A stretch of 64,000 nucleotides of DNA from Oopsacas minuta (taxonomy: Eukaryota > Animalia > Porifera). The DNA lies in contig JAKMXF010000322.1 of NCBI GenBank assembly GCA_024704765.1, positions 248,001-312,000 of the forward strand. Reading direction: 5' to 3'. The first letter of the stretch is position 1; each line of letters begins with the position of its first letter. Shown here piece after piece: positions 15,001 to 25,159 of this stretch. The position numbers and the translations under genes were made by a program. Under the pieces are notes generated by a model that worked only from the letters and a program-made list of their open reading frames with translations, was not told the origin of the DNA and made no database searches.

Positions 15001-18000
15001 CCCTTCCTATCTTGGTAGTTCTTCTATTAGCATCGATACTCTAAGGAAAATTACAGGAACAAATGTATACCAACGTGGACTACTATCTGCTGTCCTGATT
15101 ACTACTACTAATGACTTCATTTCTATTTCTCAAATAGCCAACTATACAACTAATGACAGCATTTTGAATATAGGATCTGATCAGTCTGTTACTCCTATTA
15201 CATCTGGCCTGGTTGACATTACAGTCGAACTCTATAACCTGAATGAAAATATCACTGTCAATGTTACGAATGATCTTGTTGGCCTTACTTTTATCGATCG
15301 GTTCGAATTGCCATCAAACACACTTATTGGAGGTTACAATGAAACTCGGCTATTTACATTGGATATCACATTGGAAGATGGGACAAAAATTTTTGACTTT
15401 TTCTCAGATAGTTACTATGGAGCAAATCAAAAGCTAATTACCTTGAATGCTACAACTGATAATCGTGGTGCTATACAGCTACAACAGTATGGCCACGTGG
15501 CAATTCTTGATAATTATTACGGTTTAGTTACAGTGAAAGCTACTGGTGGTAATGTTGAAGCGTTCACTTCGTTCGCAGTCAATCTCGATCCCGCCCTTGG
15601 CGATTTTGATATTGGTGAAAGAACTGGCATCCCTGTTGGGCCATTGGCTGAAGGATCCACCTATACGATTCCTATTCGTGTAAACGCAGGCTCAAGTGTA
15701 TCTGCTTTTGATTTGGAAATAATTTTCGACACAGATGTGTTCGAACCTAGTAGAGCAAATGTCTACTATTCAGGGCAAGTGGCAATTGAATATGACATTC
15801 CATCCAACCCAAATATTTACAAAATAGTTGGTTTATTAGACTCTTCTATCAGCGGACTTGTAGATTTCGGAGATTTTGAATTAACAGTGAAGAGTGACGT
15901 AGATCTTGACTTAACTACAGTCCGTTTGTTAATTGTGGAATTAGTTGACAACAACGAGAACATCGTAACCTCCGATACATACAGTGTAGCCAGTGACCTA
16001 GAAATAGAAATCCTTGGTGATAGGAGAAGAAGTATTGATTTATTGCCCAGAAAGCAGAGAACTCCGAGAATCCGTCGAACACCCGGTGAAATACCTTGTG
16101 GAAAATTTGGAGATATCGATGGCAATAACGCATTCACCGTTCTTGACGCACAAATGGGTCGCGATTATCTTGCAAATCCTGTTGGTCCTCAACCAGCAGG
16201 CCTTGACGTAAACCAGGATGGTCTTGCCGATATCAATGATATCATATATCTTATCCGAGGATTAGCATTCTCTCTTCCATTCCTTTGTAACGTTACGGTA
16301 ACCCCGGCAAACCTGTCAGATTGTACTTTGACAATTAGAATTACGCTTGAGAATTCAGACGGACTTTCCCCATCACCGGACCACACTTTTCCCCATGTAA
16401 TGATTCAGCATAATTACATCAATTCCCAATACAACGACTGGGATGTATCTATAGTTAAGTTTGGTGCCAAATCTAATCCGACACCAAATAGTGTAACACC
16501 ACGTGGTGGTCTATGGGAAGCATATCCCAATGGGAATGGTACTTTCTTGGTGAAAGTTGATACTGCATTATCTGCTTTCTCTATTGGCCTTACCGTCGTG
16601 TTGATAACAGCCAACACCCAATTTGTATCTCTCAGATCAAGGTTCGTATCTTTCTATAAACCAAACAATGCATTTAACTACAATCAAATCCCAAATTTCG
16701 ACATAACTTCAGTTCGTCAGCCGCTCGTCTCACAATCTGATAGTTTTATTGGATCTAGCGGTGGTTATGACCCATTTGTCACTTTTGACAATACCCTGAG
16801 GTCAGATTTATGCCGTTATACGGGGCGACAATATAGCGTTGAAGAAGATGCGGATCCAAGAACTTACGTTGGAGATGTAGGCGCTCTCACTTTAGGGGGT
16901 TCACCGGCCCGCGAATATGAACTAGTCCATCTTGATCCTGTTCCTGTCAATTCCCATTTCATGACAGCTTCAGTAGACATGATAGAAGTCATTCAAACTA
17001 GGGTAGATCTCGATGCAGAGCAATTCGTATTCTATAGCATAGAAATCGAAGCTGCAACGAATATTTATGGGAATTCTGGTAATGGAAGCGAATTCTACTC
17101 ACGTTCTGCTAAATTCAATATTACAGTTATTGATGTTAATGACAGTCCACCTGTGTTTACTGTAACTAAAGAATCTTTCGTAGAATATGAGAATATTGCT
17201 GTCGGAACTATTCTTTTCCAGTTTGAAGCGGAAGACGATGATGAAGGTTTGAATGGATTGATTACATTCAGTATATCTCGTGGTGTAGGAAAGGAGGACT
17301 TCTTTATAAACGCAACATCTGGAGAGCTATCGATTGCTATGTCTCTTGACCGAGAGAGACAGTTCGCTTATCAATTGGAGATACACATCCAAGACAATCC
17401 GGCTATAACCGAACCAAAAACTGCAACATATAATACTACTGTAACTGTATTGGATATCAATGATAATGTGCCTGATATTGTTAGGCCCAGTGGGGAATTC
17501 TTAATTGAAGAGAATAGAACTCCACCTGAATTAATATCAAATGATTTTTTCACAATTATCGATAATGATAACAGCGATAATGGTTCAATTTCTGCTTTTA
17601 TTATTTCTGAAATAAGAGATGATCAAAATCTTAGTGTTGCTATATCGTTATTCCAGTTTGAAATACAATCTCAGGTAAGGAATTTTTCATGTAATTTTTG
17701 AGTCTTTGAGCCATTTTTGGTTCTGAAAATGCTCTGTCCATTATTTTAATTGTACTCACGCATGACACATTACTCTACTTTAGACAACATTCAGAATACA
17801 AACTAATGCAACATTTGACTACGAAGTATCAACCTTCTATGATATCATAATAGAAGCCACTGATGCCGGCACTCCACAATTGACTGGCACTACTGCTATC
17901 CGTGTTAACATATTTGACTTGAACGACAATCCACCTGAATTCAATCAGTCTGTCTATGAACTCTATGCTAACTCGGATAGTTATAATGGACAAAGAATTG

Positions 18001-21000
18001 GGATTGTTACTGGAGAAGATTTGGATTCAGATCCTAACGATAAACTGAGGTACGAATTGGAAGGGTCTGATGCTGGATTCTTCACAGTCAATGAGGAGAC
18101 TGGAGAGTTATATACGGACCGTTCACTGGATAGAGCAATAGGTAAGTTCATACCACAATACAGTGTAACCTCCACGAATTGGGCATATGGAAACGGGGAA
18201 CTTTGGCAACGGAGTGAAAATATATATATATATATATAGCAAATTCCTCGTAGCATATAATTGAACCTCCACAATCGGGGAATTTGGCAGAAACGGGGTA
18301 TTTTCTGTTATGATATGTATTCTCTCTCTAGGTTCATTTTACTCTCTTATCATAAGAGCTACTGACTCCCCAATCAATCCAGCAGATGAGCAAAACGGTA
18401 CAGCAAGACTACAGATATACGTCACGAGTAACGATATATTATCAACACATTTTGAATACGGTCTAGCCAGCAACAGTATAACTCGTGAGAATGCTACATC
18501 ATACAAGGTCCCGATTAGTTTCCTCCTAGCCGACACGCCTGCTACTCTACACGCTTCTTTCGATACAGCTCAAGCTGTAGGAGATATTGTACTTACCCCA
18601 TCCACTCTAAATCCTTCAGGATTTGTGTATATGCTATTGCAGGATGGACTCTATCATGAAGACAAGCTATTGACAGTGGTAGTGCGAGCTGAAGATTCTA
18701 GATTATACCATAGAAATACTGGTAAGTGATAATAACCTATGCCATCATGAAGAAATGGTGTCAAAATGTCTGTAATTCTAAAACCTTGAGTGTTGATCAT
18801 GAAATGAACTTCTGATTTTGCGAAAAAATCTGACCACGTGTTAGAAACTATAACCACTGTTTGTTAGACAAGTTTTGGGTGATTGAATTTGATTCATGTT
18901 TGTTGGTTTGATAATTGAATGAATCTATTATAGGCACAACCATTGATATTGAGGCCTACCCAATTTCGTCAAGCGAAACTGGAGTAATTACTGATCAATG
19001 TACAACTAGCAAGGACACTGGTTTCTGTGTACTTCGTCTCCAAATACCTGACTACTGGTTCAATTCAAGCTTCACTAACGCATTCCTTACATTCAAACAG
19101 AATGGATTTGAACAGTCAAACAGTGTACCGATCCATTACCCATTCGTATCGTCTTCACAGCCAACTGAAGACAGTGCATTTTTTCTAGTTGCGCCTTCTA
19201 CAACCTATTACAGCGGGCAAACCTTTTACGTAGAGGGATATGTCTTAGTGCTTGGCTTCACTGTAATAGAATCAATAGAAGTTATCATCAACGCTAACAC
19301 GAACTTCGGACCGAAGAATACCTGGGTTATTCCTTCTACTTGGGTAGAAATTGATTGTAAGTTTGTCACTGAATAATAAGAAACAATTCCCAAAACTCTA
19401 TTTATACCTTTACAAATGCCTATTCCCGCAGGTAGCCAATCAACAACTACCCCTGCTGGCAGTGCTAGACTGTGTGTTGAGCCTTCTTCTACGTTTGATG
19501 GATTCACTGAACCTCTAAAATTCTTTACTATTCCACTTATCGTGAGTTAACTTTGTAGAACGTTAAGCACGGGCAAACGTATACAGACAATATATCAATT
19601 TTCAATGGGTCTATATAGATGTTTTGGGACCTATTGACCTATTTGAGTGCTGTGGATGCCGGTTACAGTGGTGGGGCATGAGTTATTAAACTGGGGCATA
19701 CTTACATTAATGAAGTGGGGGCACATGCTCCAACTGGTACCCACCCTCTCGCCCCTCTGGCGGGTTATAAAAACGTGTATGGTACTCCCAAAATGGTTCT
19801 TATAACCGGCATCCACTGTTTAACTGAAATCATAACAAATTTTAAATTTGAATTTTATTGTTTTTCGCTCTTTCAGGTATCCGCTTTAAGCCAACCTGCC
19901 TTCGCTAGAATCTCCATCTCAGACTTAGCAGTGTCTGTTAGAATCGATACTCAAGTTGTAACTCTACAGAGTCCTGGGTACTACATCAAAGACAGGGAAA
20001 CTCCAGTTCCAATGGCGACTGTATCACCAGCTCAAGTCCGTGTCGAACCCTTGAACTCTCAATACTTTTACATTGTTAATTACAAAACAAATTCTCTTAT
20101 AAATACAGCTGTATTTGATGGTACAAGAGTATCCGCGGATATTGATGTGTATGGATTCTTGAGTGAATATTCCAGAGAGGTTTGTTGTTATTTACTATAT
20201 ATGTATTATGTATACACTGTAATCCAAAGCGTATTGACATTATCCATGATCTTAATCAAATCTCACTGATATATTTTTACAAATTCGACAACTGCGATAT
20301 TCTATCCATTTTCCATTCCTTTTTTCTGAGGTTCAATCGTCTATATTCCTTCTAGGCTAATCCAAGTAATATCGAAGTAGAAATCCTAACTTCTAGTTTA
20401 CAATGTGCTTCAAGTTCACTCGGGATACTTAAAGTAGAATTGGACTGTTCTGAGATATATCTTGACGGCACAGAGACAAACGGAGGAGAAGTAGAGATCT
20501 CTATTACATCCCCCACCTCTATCCTAAATAATGGACTCATCCCTAAAGCTTTTATATGGTATCCAGACGATGTCACTATTACGTCATCAGATACAATACT
20601 TAATCAAGTTGATTATGCTTGTGCTGCTTCTGTGAGGTTATACCAATCTACTGCATTATATGTATCAGCTATATATAGTACTGGCGTGTCAGGGGAGGTT
20701 GAATTTAAAGCAGATGTTACTTCTAGAGCTAATGTGAGTTGTTTGTTTGTTTGTTTGTACGCCTCTTTGCCTCTTTGTTTGTCTGTTTGTTTATCTACAG
20801 TGGAGTTCGCCTATCAGCAAATCGTATTTTGTACGTATTTATTTCATTTGTTAGTCGAGGAATATTTCCAATCCAAATTGGGATCTAATTCCTTGAAAAT
20901 TGATACTAAACGGGAAATCCACTGTATCTCTCTAATATCTATTTGTTTTGTTGTTTATTGTTGATTACTACTCTACAATATAATAGATCGTTTCTGACAA

Positions 21001-24000
21001 TACTCTACTCAAAATCGCCAAAACATCTGTACTAAGCCCGCCTAAAGCTGGCCCAACATTTGCCCGCCCAGAGCCTTTCCTATCAGCTGATTTGACAGTA
21101 GAATTACGCGTAGAGCACAGTTCAGGAGCAAATTTCCCAAAAAGTTATCCACTACAGATAAGACAGAATAATGTTACTATAAAAGCTCTGCAGATTAAGA
21201 TTATTTCTAGAGTTGGATTCTTTGTCAGTGACACTAGTCCAGGACCTTTCCAAGAACAAGATGTGAGTTTTGTTTATTGTCATAACTTCGCTTTACGCGG
21301 CTTGCGGAATTTCTTGTCCGCGGGCGCTTTGCGTTCTAATATTTTGTATTATAATTAACCTGTGTCAGAGCCTAAATCTGTTTTGACACCTATCCCAGAG
21401 ATATCGCTTAGATCTTATCGCATTCTACGCACATGCTAAGTCTCTACTCTTGCCATTTCCTCAATCAATTCCATTTGTTTTCCTAGGCTACAATATTCTA
21501 TGACGAAGATCTGATATATTCAGCACAGCCTGCACCAGTAGAAGGCTACTTAGTCTACTCAGACGGACACAAAGAGCCGCTATATCCCTCTCTACCCTTT
21601 ACAGATATTAGCGGAATAACCAGTAGTAATTCCTCTATCAATATAGATAATACAGGTAGGAGACTAGTAGTAACAGCACGTAATACAGGACATACTGATG
21701 TATGGGCTACAGTGGATTTCTGTGGAGAGACATATACTGCAGCTACTTCTGTAGATGTGAGTTTGATTAATATATTTGTATTATTATTATCCTGCAGAAA
21801 ATTGTAGTTGCTTTTTCACCCATGGCCATTAGTCTAGTACAGTTGTTCCCAACCCAGCTGGGGTCTATTACCCCTTGGTGGTCCACGGACGACAGCGGGG
21901 ATCTGTAATTGTTTTGCGGTCTATGGGGAGGGCTCTACGGGTGAAGAAGGTTGTGAATCGCCTGTCTAGCACGCTAATAACATTCTCATTTCATATTTTC
22001 ATGAGATAAATAAAGAACTATTTTGTGGAACCTCGGGATTACGGTCGCCCTAATTATTGAATATAGAAATGTTAATGCCTTTAGGAAGGAACTTAAAATG
22101 TGGCATATCCAAATTTATATCCTCTCTCTTTCTCAGGTATTCCTCTCTACAACTCATCCTACCTTCATCTCAGCCTCATACCCCGGTAGTATCACTGAGA
22201 ACTCTGCTATAGGATCTAGCGTACTTACAATTAAAGCTACAAACCCGCAATCTGTCCTACGATCTGAATTACTCTACTCCCTATACCCAGATAATAATGC
22301 GTTTACTGTTAATGCATACACAGGCGTAATCAATACTAAAATAAACCTTGACTACGAATCTGGACCTCAGGTATGTAGCATACATTCGAATATTTAAGTG
22401 GAGTTATTTATGCAATATTTCTTGTTCCTATAGAGCTATACATTCACTGCTCGAGTTACAGACTTCGAGCAAAGACGTTTGTGTACTAATCCTGATGGAA
22501 CCTGTGATAGTTGTAATGTTACTTGTTTCGGAGAGACAACTGTAAGTATATTTTGTAGTTTTGTATTATTTTTGTGGTTACTTATGTCTCTTTTGTATTA
22601 TTTTAATTAGGTTACAGTCCAGATAATTGACGAGAACGATAATCCTCCAGTATGTGTGGTTCAGACAGAACCTGTACTCCTTGATATTGAATCTGTTCCA
22701 CCGAAATATCTCCTAACAGTAACAGTTACAGATGCTGATTCAGGGGATGCTAATCAAGCTACTTCATTTGAGTTATTCACCACTGAATTCGAAGACAGGT
22801 AATTAACAAATATTTCTGATATTACGGGAATTGACTGTATTTATTTCCTTTATTATTGTAGATTTGCAGTTGACTCTGATACAGGAGATTTCAGTCAGAT
22901 TGGCAACCAAACAGCTCGTAATCTCGATCTCACAATTCGCGTAAAAGCATCTCAAACAGCTACACTATTCGATACTTGTGATGTACTAGTTGAGCTGTAC
23001 TACTTTACAAGTACCATTATATTATCAGCATGCCCTATTACACAAGATGCTGACGTCACTGTTGTAGTAGACGTACTGCCACCCTATGTATTTGATGTTG
23101 ATGATATTGGGACTGTTTCTATTGCTGGAATTGAAGATTCAGAGTAAGTATTGATAATGTAGTTAATCGGGGTCATTGCTGGATATTTCCAGTTAATTGC
23201 TTGGCCCCAAATCTTTTGTATATGATTATTTTCACACCTTTTCATATAGGACTCCATCCTGTCAAGACTTGACTCTTATCTTCAAAGACTCAGATGATAA
23301 TGTGTTGAATCCAACTGACGTATTTATGAGTATTTTAGCGAACTCAGCAAATATTGAGTCTGATTTGTTGGCTTTGAATATCGGAAATATTGTAAGTATA
23401 CAAATACCCCGCTATATACACTCAGGATAGCTTAATATGAACATTCTCTTGCTCTTATTATTTATTATAACAAGATTTTTGGTAACTCGGGGTTCACAGT
23501 AAGCGAGCCTGACTGTACTAGTAACCTTTATTTAAAATGAATACGCTTATTTCTAGTCCTTCTATTTGGGTGTAATATTTCACCAGTTCACTTCCTGGAA
23601 GTATTTTCAGTCTACAAATACGATAGCTCAAATATTATCTACTTAGAACTTGTATTTTCAATTCTCCTACTCGTAAAACAGGAATTATAGCCATTTATTG
23701 CTATTAGTATTAGTGTATTGTTTCTATTCTCTAGACATTCATCAATAATGGAGTGTTACCTACCGTAGTACCGCCAACTCCTGCAGATCTAGAAGGTTGG
23801 ATGATAGCTATTATCGTCCTTGTGGTTGTTATCCTGATCCTGATATGTCTTGCTATTCCTCTCATATTCTATCTGAGACGATATAATAGGTAAGATGCTT
23901 ATTCTAATAGCGAATTTCCCCAAATATTCAGTTTGAATATTTTCAATGTTTTATTTTACTATTTTCGCAGACAATTGAAGGAGGAGCAAGAGAGATTATG

Positions 24001-24647
24001 GAATCAACGTAAATCTGTACCGACTGGATACGGCGGCCTAGCTGAAGCAGAATTTGTTTACGATCTGGAAGGGAACTTAGTTTTCAGTCAACAAGGTGAT
24101 ATACCCTTGCAACAGAAGAAATCTACTCTTGATGATGCACCTTGGAAAGGTAAATTGTTAAATAAATTATTGATACAAATATTTAGTCAACTCAAGGGGC
24201 CTAGCTCTATTTGTTTTTTACTCCGTTTCCAGAGGCCCTGTTTGTATAAACGATGAAATATGTTACTTTAACGGTTTGGCCCATATTTGTACAATTTCAA
24301 ACTTCTATATAAGCGGGTATTTCGGGAGTTGACTGTATTATGTTTGAAACTTTGAATCGCAAAAACAAGAAATTTATATTATGTACTTCTTAGGAAAAGA
24401 TTTTGATGATATAGAAGGAGGAAAATCACGGAAACCCTGGCAACAAAAATGGGCCAGAAGTCCAGAAAACCCCCTCTACGATTCTAAGGAGTACCTCGCG
24501 GACTTCCAGAACCCTTTAACAGACGATGAAGGGAAAAGTGGGACAGCAGCCAAGACCCCAACAAAAGGAAGTCGGGCCCGAAAGTCTACAGAAATCGGGC
24601 CTTCGATTGGCGCAGAGGAATCCTACTTAAACCCAACAGCTAAATAA
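18..24647 (+). CDS. Giant coherin-type cadherin (cadherin repeats + TMEM132-like cohesin/Ig modules + cohesin-dockerin cassettes + TM); 5'-partial, about 6,900 aa inside the window
   Basis: Hand-spliced GT-AG exons: 18-826, 996-1262, 1327-2037, 2183-3307, 3670-5730, 6008-17674, 17784-18141, 18332-18721, 18934-19356, 19432-19541, 19877-20179, 20356-20733, 20987-21262, 21487-21756, 22137-22370, 22434-22541, 22611-22798, 22862-23143, 23250-23391, 23475-23498, 23735-23889, 23971-24149, 24394-24647. All phases are compatible and the chain ends in TAA at 24645-24647. It has many cadherin motifs (DxNDNxP, LDRE/LDYE, AxDxD), one TM helix and a short tail. The base-18 acceptor shows the gene continues upstream. 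Confidence 0.9.
2076..2139. mobile_element. Short MITE with 15-bp perfect inverted ends (TTGTTTCAGCTCCAC)
   Basis: TTGTTTCAGCTCCAC...GTGGAGCTGAAACAA; appears to be an internally deleted version of 53405-53678. Confidence 0.65.
3239..4310 (+). other. Cohesin - furin site (RFRR) - dockerin cassette A
   Basis: NLQPELGDIDIG...FTIPIYLNTDGKTLGLVDVSINFP is cohesin-like. RRFRR lies at 4090-4104. Two 12-residue Ca loops follow: DINGDGSFDMND and DLDLNGEINSND. Confidence 0.8.
4820..7440 (+). other. Cadherin repeat block 1 (7 EC repeats)
   Basis: Successive linkers DVNDNAP, DLNDIAP, DVNDNAP, DSNDNAP, NTNDNVP and DVNSNAP, with LDRD/LDIE/VDFE motifs. Confidence 0.85.
10346..11143 (+). other. Cohesin - furin site (RTKR) - dockerin cassette B
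   Basis: NLEASNGDLDFG...FSAPLMINSG...GVNGYIEFDENIFEV is cohesin-like. RTKR lies at 10886-10897. The loops are DTDGDCRFTVAD and DPTLDGLINSND. Confidence 0.8.
11680..12610 (+). other. Cadherin repeat block 2 (3 EC repeats)
   Basis: LDRE, DVNDNSP, LDYE and LNDLPP motifs. Confidence 0.85.
15581..16282 (+). other. Cohesin - furin site (RIRR) - dockerin cassette C
   Basis: NLDPALGDFDIG...YTIPIRVNAGSSVSAFDLEIIFDTDVFE is cohesin-like. RKQR lies at 16049-16060 and RIRR at 16067-16078. The loops are DIDGNNAFTVLD and DVNQDGLADIND. Confidence 0.82.
16815..18430 (+). other. Cadherin repeat block 3 (4 EC repeats)
   Basis: DVNDSPP, LDRE, DINDNVP, FDYE and DLNDNPP motifs. Confidence 0.85.
21840..21964. 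mobile_element. hAT-like MITE (CAGYKGTTCCCAACC-type termini)
   Basis: CAGTTGTTCCCAACC...GGTTGTGAATCGCCTG. Related sequence occurs at ~24828-24878, ~27981-28149 and ~48976-49070 (CAGCGGTTCCCAACCTTTT...CCCATAGACTGCAA). Confidence 0.55.
22137..22990 (+). other. Cadherin repeat block 4 (2 membrane-proximal EC repeats)
   Basis: ITENS, LDYE, DENDNPP and VTDADSG motifs across four small exons. Confidence 0.75.
23798..23875 (+). other. Transmembrane helix of the coherin
   Basis: WMIAIIVLVVVILILICLAIPLIFYL followed by basic RRYNR. Confidence 0.9.
24262..24336. mobile_element. MITE family 1 partial copy (last coherin intron)
   Basis: GTTACTTTAACGGTTTGGCCCATATTTGTACAA...GGGAGTTGACTG-TA. Confidence 0.65.
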
Positions 24648-25159
24648 TTATATTCGTAAAACATTTACAAAATATTTCTATACTTATTTATTCTACATTT
24701 TTGGCTTTTAGTTTAGTTTCGTATTTATTTCTATTCTATTTTTGTTTTTATGTAGTTCAGTGTTATTTGTCACATAAGTAACATTAAATTTTATACTTAA
24801 AGTATTACAATTTTCGTTGGGTTAGAACAGCTGTTCCCACCTTTTCACCCGTGGACCCACTAGGCCCCTCACAGTCTGAAATTGTGCAAATATGGCCTTT
24901 AAACCGTTTAAGCAACGTATTTTATCGGTCATATCGAACTCTGCTTATCGGCATAATTATCGCGGTCCCTTGAGGTTAGATTTTAGATATATCGGGTGTT
25001 GTGTGTATTATTTCCATGTCTTCATTCAATCTATAACGATACTATTCAATAACTTTAATATTAAATGTGAAAATATATTAAAAATACAGCTAAATAAAAT
25101 GGAAAAAAGTTGAGTATAAAAAGTGCTATAAATTCAAATAGTAATATGTAAAGTTTTAA

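Noticed and set aside
3239-16282. Bacterial contamination or a cellulosome gene as the source of the cohesin/dockerin/BIG domains
   Set aside because: The domains are in frame with cadherin repeats in a gene with canonical GT-AG introns, one of which interrupts the start of cohesin A (3308-3669), and the gene is flanked by animal genes.
6631-17553. Many 60-150 aa antisense or alternative-frame ORFs over the giant exon
   Set aside because: Shadow ORFs of a long coding region with no recognisable motifs.
158-24647. Treating the listed + strand ORFs as separate genes
   Set aside because: They join through phase-consistent splice sites into one reading frame with a single TM helix and a single stop.
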